A DNA stretch of 64,000 nucleotides from Bdellovibrionales bacterium (GTDB lineage: Bacteria; Bdellovibrionota; Bdellovibrionia; Bdellovibrionales; UBA1609): NCBI GenBank assembly GCA_965261545.1, contig CBDHDF010000007.1:256001-320000 (forward strand), in the 5' to 3' direction. How positions within the stretch are numbered: position 1 is the first letter of the stretch; the number at the start of each line of letters is the position of its first letter. The notes under the pieces were generated by a model. The model had not been told where the DNA came from. It saw nothing but the letters and a program-made list of their open reading frames with translations, and did no database searches. A program made the position numbers and the translations under genes. Shown in pieces: positions 52,209-63,771 of this stretch.

Positions 52209-53765
52209 ATGGAATCTATTCGCCTACGCATCTTATTGGTGATGTTCGGGGCTCTTCTTTCTGTAGGAGGTTTTGGATACCTTACAGCCAAAGCCCATTT
52301 TCAGTATATAAGCTTGAACAAAGAACTTCTCAGTAGTCATGAATTGGTATATTTCGCCAAAATGATTTCTCATCACCCATCCTTTGAACAATCCACCTTT
52401 GAGAATATGAAGAAGTATCGCTCTCAACTTTCTCTTAAAAAGAGAGCTAAGACCTTCAGTGACCTCATTCAGTCTTATGCCGACAAAAATCATCCGCTGG
52501 TTCAGAAAAGAGTCAAGATTGTGATTCAAAATGAAGCTCAATATGTAAATAAAATTCAGGTAAAAACGAATCGTTTGGAGAAGAAGATTCAACTCTATGG
52601 ACTTGCCAGCCTTAGTGCCGTAGCTTTATTTATGGTGATTCTCTTTGCTTATATTCAAGCTTCAATATTTGCTCCTTTGAGAAATCTTTTTTGTAAAATG
52701 ATTGAATTTTTAAACAATCGCTACACTTATCAATTTACAAACCCTAGGCCCGATGAAGTTGGAAAGCTTCATGCCACATTCAATGCTCTCGCTCAAAGGG
52801 TGATAAGCAATATAGAGGAACTAAGGTCTCTTGACCGAGCTAAATCTGATTTTCTCAGTATTGCTAGCCATGAACTACGAACTCCTCTTACGTCTATTAA
52901 GGGTTCTTTGAGTTTACTAAAAAGTGGCGTGGTTGGAGAAGTCAACCCTCAAGTGACTCACCTGATGACCATTGCAGAGACAGAAACAGATCGCCTGATA
53001 AGATTAGTGAATGAAATTCTAGACCTTGCCAAAATTGGGGCAAAAAAGTTTCCATTAAATCGAAATTGGCACTCCTTAAATGATATTGTTGACCAAACTT
53101 TTGAAGCCATTGCGGGGTTGGCTCAAACGGCTGGCGTCCGACTGTCCTATGATAAGTTCCAAAATGTTGATATTTATGTGGATAACAATCGCATGCAACA
53201 AGTGTTTACGAATTTACTTTCCAATGCGATTAAGTATAGTCCCAAGGATGTTCCCGTAACAGTCTCTTCTTACATCAAACAAGAGCGACTTGTCATCGAA
53301 GTCCGTGACCAAGGCCGAGGTATTGCCCCTAAAGATCAGGAGCTTATTTTTGAACAATTCCGCCAAACCACAGGCCCCGACAATCCTCTCGTCAAAGGGA
53401 CGGGCCTGGGCCTCTCTATTGCCAAGGCCATTGTCGAGGAACATGGTGGCTATATTGGAGTTCATTCAGATTTAGGGCATGGTTGCGCCTTTTATTTTAT
53501 TCTTCCCCAGTGGAAGTTTGCTGAATTCACCCAAGAGGCCCTAACTGATGAAAAGGTCCCCGCTGATGAAAAGGTCCTCGCCGATGAAAAGGTCCCCGCT
53601 GATAAAAAGACCCTCGCTGATAAAAAGACCCTCGCTGATAAAAAGACCCTCGCTGATAAAAAGACCCTCGCCGATCAGAAAATCCCCACAAACCAGAAAA
53701 TTTCACCCCTCATAGGCCAAGAAGAAGCTCCCACAGGTCAAAAAGAAGTGCGAGAGATTTTATGA
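52209..53765 (+). CDS. Membrane HAMP histidine kinase with C-terminal repeat tail
   Basis: Two TM helices, DEVGKL, SHELRTPL, NLLSNAIKY, GTGLGL. Confidence 0.92.
   Translation: MESIRLRILLVMFGALLSVGGFGYLTAKAHFQYISLNKELLSSHELVYFAKMISHHPSFEQSTFENMKKYRSQLSLKKRAKTFSDLIQSYADKNHPLVQKRVKIVIQNEAQYVNKIQVKTNRLEKKIQLYGLASLSAVALFMVILFAYIQASIFAPLRNLFCKMIEFLNNRYTYQFTNPRPDEVGKLHATFNALAQRVISNIEELRSLDRAKSDFLSIASHELRTPLTSIKGSLSLLKSGVVGEVNPQVTHLMTIAETETDRLIRLVNEILDLAKIGAKKFPLNRNWHSLNDIVDQTFEAIAGLAQTAGVRLSYDKFQNVDIYVDNNRMQQVFTNLLSNAIKYSPKDVPVTVSSYIKQERLVIEVRDQGRGIAPKDQELIFEQFRQTTGPDNPLVKGTGLGLSIAKAIVEEHGGYIGVHSDLGHGCAFYFILPQWKFAEFTQEALTDEKVPADEKVLADEKVPADKKTLADKKTLADKKTLADKKTLADQKIPTNQKISPLIGQEEAPTGQKEVREIL
53544..53705 (+). 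repeat. 18-bp tandem repeat, about 9 units (ADEKVP/ADKKTL)
   Basis: gctgataaaaagaccctc x4 plus variant units. Confidence 0.9.
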
Positions 53766-54142
53766 GCATTGAAAACACACTGAAAGAACTCTATCTTAGC
53801 TATATTCAAAGCCTGCCTGAAAAAATTCAAGCCTTGGAAACCCATCTTCACAACAACGATCAGGTCGCCCTTCGAGACAACTTTCACCGCATGAAAGGCT
53901 CTGGTGCCACATACGGTGTCCCCGAGATATCTGAGCTTAGTGCTGTCATGGAGCAGCTTTGCAAAAGGGAGCATCTCGACCTCCAAAAGGTGATTCCTCC
54001 AGCCTTAAATATTCTCAACGACATCTATGGGAAAAGAAAACACTCCCCCCAAGAAAACTCAACTTTTAAGGACGCATCTAAGGTATCCCCTCCCTACATC
54101 CTTGAGGATGATCCAAGGTTCTTAGACTTAAAGACCTTTTAA
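53762..54142 (+). CDS. Hpt-domain protein
   Basis: FHRMKGSGATYG. Confidence 0.88.
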   Translation: MSIENTLKELYLSYIQSLPEKIQALETHLHNNDQVALRDNFHRMKGSGATYGVPEISELSAVMEQLCKREHLDLQKVIPPALNILNDIYGKRKHSPQENSTFKDASKVSPPYILEDDPRFLDLKTF

Positions 54143-54199
54143 GACCAAACCTTTTAAAGCCTTTTAGTGAATTGTCTTAGCGAATCGTTCTTTGATCAG

Positions 54200-55161
54200 C
54201 AATTCCCGTCGAAAAATAGTTTAGGCCACAGTAGTGGCTTCCAAAAGATTCGCCTCAAAAAGAGTTCGTAGACTTTTGCCTAAGTATCTGTTTGAATATT
54301 TGTTGTTGCACATCAGACCAAGGAGGGTTCGTCATGTCGCATCAACATTTTAGAAAAGGTCTATCCGCTTCAGGAATGTATTCCCTGTTACACAGTAAAT
54401 CTCTTGCAGTTCCAGATATAAGATCGCAGCGTCCCCATAGGATTCCTCTGAGCGATGCCATTATGTCATCGTGGCAATGTTTGCCTTGAAAGATCCATCC
54501 ATGCTTCAGTTTTGTGATCGTGTCCATGACCCAGTGGCAAAAAACAACCTACACCATTTGTTTCAAATAGGCCAAATTCCTAGTGATACGGCTATGCGAG
54601 AGATTTTAGATCCTGTTCCAACCCGTGAGTTTCAAAATTTTTTTAAATCTTTGTTTACCGTAGCTCAAAGAGGGAAGGTTTTGGAGGGTTACCCATATTT
54701 GGGTGGAAAATATCTTCTCAGCATTGATGGAACAGGTGCCTTTAGCTCCTCGACTATTCATTGTGAGAATTGTTGTATAAAGAATCATCGTGATGAGACG
54801 AAGACCTACTATCATCAAATGTTAGCAGGAGTGATTGTTCACCCCGATAAGAAACAGGTTATACCTATTGCTCCAGAGCCCATTTCAAACACAGATGGAT
54901 CGAGCAAAAATGATTGTGAGCGTAATGCAGCCAAACGACTCCTTGAAGATTTTCGCAGGGAACACCCTCACCTTCCAGTGATTGTTATTGAGGATGGATT
55001 GGCTTCCAATGCTCCTCACATCACTCTTCTTAACGAATTAAAATTAAGTTATATTTTAGGCTGTAAGATGGGGGACCACAAAGTTTTATTTGAGTTTGTA
55101 AATGGAGCAGATAGCTTAGGAACAGTTTCTCACTTCACCGTGGTAGAGAATGGAGTGACAC
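54200..55161 (+). pseudogene. DDE transposase (ISNCY/IS4-superfamily-like), frameshifted and interrupted; left boundary approximate
   Basis: LSDAIMS / AMFALKDPSMLQF, PSDTAMREILD, SIDGTG.FSS..IHC..C, KNDCERNAAKR, EDGL. Confidence 0.75.
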
Positions 55162-55412
55162 CATAGGTGTTCGTGGTTTTTTATTCTTTCATAGCAAGAC
55201 CTTTTTAGCCATATTCATTGATGTTTTTCGCCGTCGGTAGTTTGTGTCATAAATTTCATGGGAGAATATCTTGATCTTCTCTATCAAAATATTTAAATAC
55301 TTTTGAGATGAGCTTAGGAGATATTTGATAAAATCAGAGGCTAATAAGACGGTAACCTTAGCAACTCTTTGAAACGATGTGGAGTCATTTTGTTCCTTAT
55401 TGAGTTTAGTTC
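55162..55412 (-). mobile_element. 3' part and right TIR of IS4 passenger element copy 1
   Basis: Reverse complement of about 20472-20722. Confidence 0.9.
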
Positions 55413-55417
55413 GTAAC

Positions 55418-57125
55418 ATTCATGGGGGCGCCTTGCTTCCCCACCCACGCCCATGAATCTTATCTAGGCCCCCACTTCTTTGCACGAAGCAACTCGGTGG
55501 ACAGCTTCGCTGGTCTATATAATTGGCCTCTTTTAGTTACTCTGGACTTTTGATGGTATTTTTGTCATGTATGATTCCGATACAATAAAGGATAAAGCAA
55601 TAACATTATTGGAAGGTGATAAGATGAGTGGCCGTTGAATAGATTGGTAATTTTAATTCCGTGAAGTAACATGGTCTTGAGCTTTGGATCGAACCCACGC
55701 ATGTACCTGCACTCTGAGTGTATGGACGTATAGTAAGTTGACCTATTTTCGCATTATTTTAGAATTTATGGCAAAATCCCAAGGCTCTAGTTTTATCACC
55801 TTCTTTTTTTCTAACAGAAAGGAGGAGTCATGTGGATATTATTTATAGTTCTGTTTGTGGAATAGATGTTCATCAACATATGTTGATGTGTACGATTGTC
55901 AAAGTGGAAGACGGTAAGAAGAAGTTTTTCACAAAAGAGTTCAAGAATTTTCCAAAAAATTTTCCTAGAATGCGCTCTTGGATGAAGCCACATAAGGTTG
56001 AGAGAGTTCTTTTTGAGAGCACAGGGATTTATTGGAATTCTTTATACGATGATTTGACAGAAAAAGGTTATGAAGTAGATGTTATCAATGCCTTTCATGT
56101 CAAAAATATTACTGGTAAAAAAACTGACGTGTTGGATAGCCAGTGGATTGCAGAGCTTGGTGCTTGTGGTCTTCTAAGAGCTAGCTTCATTCCTCCACGT
56201 GAGATTCGTTCTATTAGACTTTTGGCTCGTTATCGTACAAAAACGATCCGCCAAATATCTTCGGAACAAAATCGTATGTATAAGGTTCTTGAATATTCAG
56301 GCATTCGTTTAACCTATGCAATGTCTAAAGCTGACTGCGTATCTGGTATGGCCATGATTCGTGCCATAGCTAATGGAGAGAGATCAGTTTCTAAATTGAT
56401 GTCTCTTGCCAGAGGGTCTTTACGTCAAAAGACCGAAGAATTTTCTTACGCCCTGTCGGGAAAGATGACGGAAGAAAATCGTTTTGTTCTTCAACGCATT
56501 CTTGATCGAATAGATTTTTTGAAAAAAGAATGCTCTCAAATTGAAGAAGAACTTTTCATTCGTATGAAACCCTATGAAAGGCAGTGGCATCTACTCCAGA
56601 CTATACCTGGAATTGACGAATTAAGTGCAGCGCTTTTGATTGCAGAAATAGGAGGCAATGTGAAGTCTTTTAAAAATAAAGGAAATTTTTGCTCCTGGAT
56701 GGGGATTTGCCCATCCAATAATGAGAGCGCAGGAAAAAAAGTCTTCACGAACGAGGAAAGCGAACACATATGTGAAATCGTTGGTATGTGAGATGGCCAA
56801 TAGTGCTATTAAGACGAATTCACAATTCAAAGGCAAATACCAATCACTTGTTATAAGGCGTGGGCACAAGAGATCAGTGATTGCCGTTGGTCACAAAATG
56901 ATGGGAGTTGTTTATTCAGTCATAAGTAATGACACCCCCTACAAAGACCCTGGAATTGACTATGAAAAGCTCATGGTGAAAAAAAATGCACCAAGGTGGA
57001 TTAGAGCGTTAAAAAAGTATGATTTCATGTAATGTAGGATGATTTAAAAACTCGGACATTTGAAAAAATTCGAAGAACGGATAGTGGATTCGTGCGTCCA
57101 AACTACCCCGGAGATTCATAGTAAC
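55418..57125 (+). mobile_element. IS110 copy E (A7 frameshift; 5-bp insertion near 55753)
   Basis: Same ends as copy C; ORFs 55832-56791 and 56721-57032. Confidence 0.92.
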
Positions 57126-57177
57126 TCTTTGAAACGATGTGGAGTCATTTTGTTCCTTATTGAGTTTAGTTCGTAAC

Positions 57178-58881
57178 ATTCATGGGGGCGCCTTGCTTCC
57201 CCACCCACGCCCATGAATCTTATCTAGGCCCCCACTTCTTTGCACGAAGCAACTCGGTGGACAGCTTCGCTGGTCTATATAATTGGCCTCTTTTAGTTAC
57301 TCTGGACTTTTGATGGTATTTTTGTCATGTATGATTCCGATACAATAAAGGATAAAGCAATAACATTATTGGAAGGTGATAAGATGAGTGGCCGTTGAAT
57401 AGATTGGTAATTTTAATTCCGTGAAGTAACATGGTCTTGAGCTTTGGATCGAACCCACGCATGTACCTGCACTCTGAGTGTATGGACGTATAGTAAGTTG
57501 ACCTATTTTCGCTTTAGAATTTATGGCAAAATCCCAAGGCTCTAGTTTTATCACCTTCTTTTTTTCTAACAGAAAGGAGGAGTCATGTGGATATTATTTA
57601 TAGTTCTGTTTGTGGAATAGATGTTCATCAACATATGTTGATGTGTACGATTGTCAAAGTGGAAGACGGTAAGAAGAAGTTTTTCACAAAAGAGTTCAAG
57701 AATTTTCCAAAAAATTTTCCTAGAATGCGCTCTTGGATGAAGCCACATAAGGTTGAGAGAGTTCTTTTTGAGAGCACAGGGATTTATTGGAATTCTTTAT
57801 ACGATGATTTGACAGAAAAAGGTTATGAAGTAGATGTTATCAATGCCTTTCATGTCAAAAATATTACTGGTAAAAAAACTGACGTGTTGGATAGCCAGTG
57901 GATTGCAGAGCTTGGTGCTTGTGGTCTTCTAAGAGCTAGCTTCATTCCTCCACGTGAGATTCGTTCTATTAGACTTTTGGCTCGTTATCGTACAAAAACG
58001 ATCCGCCAAATATCTTCGGAACAAAATCGTATGTATAAGGTTCTTGAATATTCAGGCATTCGTTTAACCTATGCAATGTCTAAAGCTGACTGCGTATCTG
58101 GTATGGCCATGATTCGTGCCATAGCTAATGGAGAGAGATCAGTTTCTAAATTGATGTCTCTTGCCAGAGGGTCTTTACGTCAAAAGACCGAAGAATTTTC
58201 TTACGCCCTGTCGGGAAAGATGACGGAAGAAAATCGTTTTGTTCTTCAACGCATTCTTGATCGAATAGATTTTTTGAAAAAAGAATGCTCTCAAATTGAA
58301 GAAGAACTTTTCATTCGTATGAAACCCTATGAAAGGCAGTGGCATCTACTCCAGACTATACCTGGAATTGACGAATTAAGTGCAGCGCTTTTGATTGCAG
58401 AAATAGGAGGCAATGTGAAGTCTTTTAAAAATAAAGGAAATTTTTGCTCCTGGATGGGGATTTGCCCATCCAATAATGAGAGCGCAGGAAAAAAAGTCTT
58501 CACGAACGAGGAAAGCGAAACACATATGTGAAATCGTTGGTATGTGAGATGGCCAATAGTGCTATTAAGACGAATTCACAATTCAAAGGCAAATACCAAT
58601 CACTTGTTATAAGGCGTGGGCACAAGAGATCAGTGATTGCCGTTGGTCACAAAATGATGGGAGTTGTTTATTCAGTCATAAGTAATGACACCCCCTACAA
58701 AGACCCTGGAATTGACTATGAAAAGCTCATGGTGAAAAAAAATGCACCAAGGTGGATTAGAGCGTTAAAAAAGTATGATTTCATGTAATGTAGGATGATT
58801 TAAAAACTCGGACATTTGAAAAAATTCGAAGAACGGATAGTGGATTCGTGCGTCCAAACTACCCCGGAGATTCATAGTAAC
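57178..58881 (+). mobile_element. IS110 copy F (frameshifted)
   Basis: Same ends; right end joins tattcagggggtg of the IS66 left TIR. Confidence 0.92.
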
Positions 58882-59772
58882 TATTCAGGGGGTGCCGCAT
58901 TAATTCGAACAATTTTTTTAAAAAAAGTATAAAAATTCTTGACAAGTTTTTGAAGCAAACGACCTCTTTCATTTGTTCTTTATCGAATATGTTCCTGCAT
59001 ATGCCTTAAACTCTCTGAGAGCCATAGTATTGAAAGATTGTGAAACATAGGTCGCGGGGGGCACTTCTCATTCCTTTTGCTTCTTAGAACGAATCCTAGT
59101 GCATTTTTTTTAATGAAAAAAAGGCATGTTAATATTTTCATAAGGTAAGTATGAAAATAGAAATATTGACGTGTCTTCAGCCATAAATAAAATCAGGAAG
59201 CTTCTTAAGAAAGAGAAGTCCCTTTCTCCCGCTTTTATTGTGGCCATTGAGTTGTTGATCAAAATCATCACTATTCTAGTAAATCAAAAAAAATTAAATA
59301 GTCAAAACAGTAGTATTGCCCCTTCTCAAGATCCGAATGGCCCTAAAAAGAAACCTAAGGAAGAAACTGGTAAGAAGCCAGGAGGACAACCCGGACACGA
59401 AGGAGCTACTTTAAAACCCGTGGATACTCCAGACAAGGTGGAGTTCATTTCTATTAATAAAGAGGAACTTCCTCCAGGTGATTACATTTCTTCTGGAGTT
59501 GAAAAGCGTCAAGTATTTGAGGTAGACCTTTCTGTGCATGTCACGGAGTATCAAGGAGAAATCCTCGAAGACCAAGATGGGAATCAGTGGGTTGCAGGTT
59601 TTCCAGAAGGAATCAATAACCCAACTCAATATGGCCCTTCTGTGAAAGCTCACTCAGTTTATATGTCCCAGTTTCAGTTAATCCCTCATCTTCGAGTCGC
59701 AAGTTACTTTAATCAATGGGGTCTATCGCTTGCTGGATCTACGGTACACAATTTTAACAAATCTGCCTTTGA
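58877..59772 (+). pseudogene. IS66 copy 2, left TIR and 5' half of transposase
   Basis: gtaactattcagggggtg; LNSQNSSIAPSQD, KPGGQPGHEG.TL, RQVFE, QYGPSVKA. Confidence 0.88.
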
Positions 59773-59941
59773 TGTTAGGCGCCAATTAAAATTTGAGGGA
59801 AAAAGCTACCGATTGAAGGAAGCTTCAAACCGACTTGTCAAGATAAAAAATTAAAGGTAGGGTGAGCCCATCTTGTCAGATCGCCCTAAATGGCCTGGTT
59901 TGCCCGCCCACAAATGGCCTGGTTTAACCCGCCCATCGGGG
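59773..59941 (+). mobile_element. ~20-bp IS21 type 2 end fused to the istB C-terminus and right end of IS21 type 3
   Basis: tgttaggcgccaattaaaat, then FEGKSYRLKE...stop at 59854, then aaatggcctggttt repeats. Confidence 0.8.
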
Positions 59942-60924
59942 TTAACTCACCAAAAGCATCTTCAATTTTCCACAATTCTTTGTAGTTGATAATAATCTCA
60001 TCTGCCGTCAAGTCTTTGACATTTGTAAGGACGGCAAAAAAACCATCAATTTTTTCATCTAATTCTATTTGTTCTGCATTTAATTCAGGTTTTTTATTTT
60101 TGTCGTCAGCCATCTTTACATATTTCTTATAACCTTTATTGGAAACAAAAGTACTAGACTGAACACCTTTAGAAGATAGTTTTCCTTCGATCTTTTCAAG
60201 AAGGGATTCTCTAGATTTTTTATCTCTCTCTGCTCTTTTCCTAGACCAAGTCACAATACATCTATGCCCCCCATGGTCTGTTTCGTAAACAGCAAGCTCA
60301 TTCTCATATACCCAGCTAAAACGATTTAAATCATAGACCTCTTGTTTCTTTTCTTTTTTTAAAGATCCAAGCTTCATACCAACAATAAACTCGCTTTGAT
60401 CCTCACTGAGTTTGTCAGTATTAGCCTTTGATAAAAGCCCCCTATCAGCCACAAAAATGAAACGGCGTACATTAAACTTTTTTCTCATTTTATCAACAAT
60501 ATCTGAAAGCGTCTTGCCTTCAAAAGTATTACCAGGGAAAACCTCAAAACCTAAAGGGATGCCATCCCGATTCACCAACAAACCAAAGACAACTTGGGTG
60601 CAGTCTGATCGTCTCTCTTTACTATAGCCAAATTGACGAAGTTTCCCTAAGTCTGTTCTTGTACTCTCGAAGCGTAAGGTTGTTAAATCATACAACACAA
60701 TGTCTACTTGGAAATTAAATAAATCTCGCCCCACCCAATAAAGCGAGTTCTCTATTTCATCCTTATGGGAGGCAAGTAAGTCCATAGACCGATAAATATG
60801 CTGGAGACTCAAATCACCCTTAATCATGTCTGGGTAAAAAGATTTTTGCCAATACTCAAAAACCTTTAACTTGGAACTAGGAGCAATAAATCGGCTGGCA
60901 ACTAAGGTAAAAATCACCTTACAT

Positions 60925-62837
60925 CCCGAGTTTGACAGCAGCATCTGCGTTAAAATGCGAAATTTCCAGAAATTGGGGTTGTACTGAAATATAATGGTAG
61001 CTGCTGGAAAAATTAAAATTGACGTAAAAAAAGTGTAGAAAACAAAATAGGATTTTATCGTTTTAAATATTGATATATCATAGAAATATGTAGAAAATAT
61101 CCTCATGTACATCCAAACGACTAAAAACTCAAAAGGTCAGTGCTACTACCACCTTGTGGAGTCCTACAGAGAAAAAGGCAAATCCAAAAAACGCATGCTC
61201 ATGTCCTTAGGTAAGGCTGGAGAAGGAGGAGAGGATAAGATTAATAGTTTGGCGCAGGCCGTATCCCGCCACCGAGAGCTTCTCACTGTGAGTCAATTGG
61301 CTAAGGAGCTTTACATCGAAGAGACTTTCATTTTGGGTCCCTTGCTGATTTTACAAAAGTTGTTTGATCAACTGGGTATCAATAAGACCCTCAAAGACAT
61401 AAAAGATTCTCATGAGAAAGTTCAATTTGATTTATGTAAGGTGATTTTTACCTTAGTTGCCATCCGATTTATTGCTCCTAGTTCCAAGTTAAAGGTTTTT
61501 GAGTATTGGCAAAAATCTTTTTACCCAGACATGATTAAGGGTGATTTGAGTCTCCAGCATATTTATCGGTCTATGGACTTACTTGCCTCCCATAAGGATG
61601 AAATAGAGAACTCGCTTTATTGGGTGGGGCGAGATTTATTTAATTTCCAAGTAGACATTGTGTTGTATGATTTAACAACCTTACGCTTCGAGAGTACAAG
61701 AACAGACTTAGGGAAACTTCGTCAATTTGGCTATAGTAAAGAGAGACGATCAGACTGCACCCAAGTTGTCTTTGGTTTGTTGGTGAATCGGGATGGCATC
61801 CCTTTAGGTTTTGAGGTTTTCCCTGGTAATACTTTTGAAGGCAAGACGCTTTCAGATATTGTTGATAAAATGAGAAAAAAGTTTAATGTACGCCGTTTCA
61901 TTTTTGTGGCTGATAGGGGGCTTTTATCAAAGGCTAATACTGACAAACTCAGTGAGGATCAAAGCGAGTTTATTGTTGGTATGAAGCTTGGATCTTTAAA
62001 AAAAGAAAAGAAACAAGAGGTCTATGATTTAAATCGTTTTAGCTGGGTATATGAGAATGAGCTTGCTGTTTACGAAACAGACCATGGGGGGCATAGATGT
62101 ATTGTGACTTGGTCTAGGAAAAGAGCAGAGAGGGATAAAAAATCTAGAGAATCCCTTCTTGAAAAGATCGAAGGAAAACTATCTTCTAAAGGTGTTCAGT
62201 CTAGTACTTTTGTTTCCAATAAAGGTTATAAGAAATATGTAAAGATGGCTGACGACAAAAATAAAAAACCTGAATTAAATGCAGAACAAATAGAATTAGA
62301 TGAAAAAATTGATGGTTTTTTTGCCGTCCTTACAAATGTCAAAGACTTGACGGCAGATGAGATTATTATCAACTACAAAGAATTGTGGAAAATTGAAGAT
62401 GCTTTTGGTGAGTTAAAAGGGACTTTGAAAACACGTCCTGTTTTCCATTGGACAGACCAGAGGATTATTGGACATTTAACTCTATGCTTTTTAACTTATC
62501 TTTGTGAGGCCCACCTTACAAAATGTTTAAGAGATAAGAAGATGAACCTAAAAAGCCCAGCCATAGGCATTGGTCATGTTAAAGAGCGACCTTTAACTGT
62601 TGTAGAGGCCATGAGGGAACTCAAGGAAGTTAGGGCTATCCCTGTTAAAATTCGTGATCAAGTCATTTGGACCCGCACAGATATCACTGGCAATGCCAAC
62701 TCCTTATTTAAAGCCGCAGGCGTCCCCATCCCTCCCAGAATCCTTAATGCCCACAAGTGTGGATAAACAAAATACAACTATATGCGTTAATCCTTTAATA
62801 TCATTCGTTTGACGCAGATGCTGCTGTCAAACTCGGG
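60925..62837 (+). mobile_element. IS1634 type 2, inner copy, intact
   Basis: TIR cccgagtttgacagcagcatctgcgt; 248-bp direct repeat 60677-60924 / 62838-63085. Confidence 0.93.
61105..62766 (+). CDS. IS1634-family transposase (553 aa)
   Basis: LVESYR, YDLTTLRFE, GYSKE.RSD..QV, VADRG, YKELWKIEDAF, RPVFHW. Confidence 0.93.
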   Translation: MYIQTTKNSKGQCYYHLVESYREKGKSKKRMLMSLGKAGEGGEDKINSLAQAVSRHRELLTVSQLAKELYIEETFILGPLLILQKLFDQLGINKTLKDIKDSHEKVQFDLCKVIFTLVAIRFIAPSSKLKVFEYWQKSFYPDMIKGDLSLQHIYRSMDLLASHKDEIENSLYWVGRDLFNFQVDIVLYDLTTLRFESTRTDLGKLRQFGYSKERRSDCTQVVFGLLVNRDGIPLGFEVFPGNTFEGKTLSDIVDKMRKKFNVRRFIFVADRGLLSKANTDKLSEDQSEFIVGMKLGSLKKEKKQEVYDLNRFSWVYENELAVYETDHGGHRCIVTWSRKRAERDKKSRESLLEKIEGKLSSKGVQSSTFVSNKGYKKYVKMADDKNKKPELNAEQIELDEKIDGFFAVLTNVKDLTADEIIINYKELWKIEDAFGELKGTLKTRPVFHWTDQRIIGHLTLCFLTYLCEAHLTKCLRDKKMNLKSPAIGIGHVKERPLTVVEAMRELKEVRAIPVKIRDQVIWTRTDITGNANSLFKAAGVPIPPRILNAHKCG

Positions 62838-63594
62838 AGGTTGTTAAATCATACAACACAATGTCTACTTGGAAATTAAATAAATCTCGCCCCACCCAAT
62901 AAAGCGAGTTCTCTATTTCATCCTTATGGGAGGCAAGTAAGTCCATAGACCGATAAATATGCTGGAGACTCAAATCACCCTTAATCATGTCTGGGTAAAA
63001 AGATTTTTGCCAATACTCAAAAACCTTTAACTTGGAACTAGGAGCAATAAATCGGCTGGCAACTAAGGTAAAAATCACCTTACATAAATCAAATTGAACT
63101 TTCTCATGAGAATCTTTTATGTCTTTGAGGGTCTTATTGATACCCAGTTGATCAAACAACTTTTGTAAAATCAGCAAGGGACCCAAAATGAAAGTCTCTT
63201 CGATGTAAAGCTCCTTAGCCAATTGACTCACAGTGAGAAGCTCTCGGTGGCGGGATACGGCCTGCGCCAAACTATTAATCTTATCCTCTCCTCCTTCTCC
63301 AGCCTTACCTAAGGACATGAGCATGCGTTTTTTGGATTTGCCTTTTTCTCTGTAGGACTCCACAAGGTGGTAGTAGCACTGACCTTTTGAGTTTTTAGTC
63401 GTTTGGATGTACATGAGGATATTTTCTACATATTTCTATGATATATCAATATTTAAAACGATAAAATCCTATTTTGTTTTCTACACTTTTTTTACGTCAA
63501 TTTTAATTTTTCCAGCAGCTACCATTATATTTCAGTACAACCCCAATTTCTGGAAATTTCGCATTTTAACGCAGATGCTGCTGTCAAACTCGGG

Positions 63595-63771
63595 ATGTAC
63601 TGGCCATATCCACATATCCATGGTTTCAAAAGGCTAGACGAAGGGCAAGCTTATTTTGTGCATAGATTTGTTGCCTGGTTTGTTGAAGAGTGTGAGGCAT
63701 GACTTTGGCAGTTAGGTGACCAAAGGAGTAGCGTGACTCATAACGATATGCGTTAGTTTCGGCCTAAAACT
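63595..63771. repeat. Second copy of the 177-bp IS1634 target duplication
   Basis: Reverse complement of 30328-30504. Confidence 0.88.

Larger units (their letters stand above)
59942..63594 (-). mobile_element. IS1634 type 2, outer copy (5' part), interrupted by a second copy of itself
   Basis: Pieces 62838-63594 and 59942-60924 are the reverse complement of the inner copy. Confidence 0.9.

Noticed and set aside
59886..61112. 408-aa minus-strand ORF as an intact transposase
   Set aside because: Chimera: its N-terminus is antisense sequence of the inner IS1634 and its C-terminus runs into an IS21 end.
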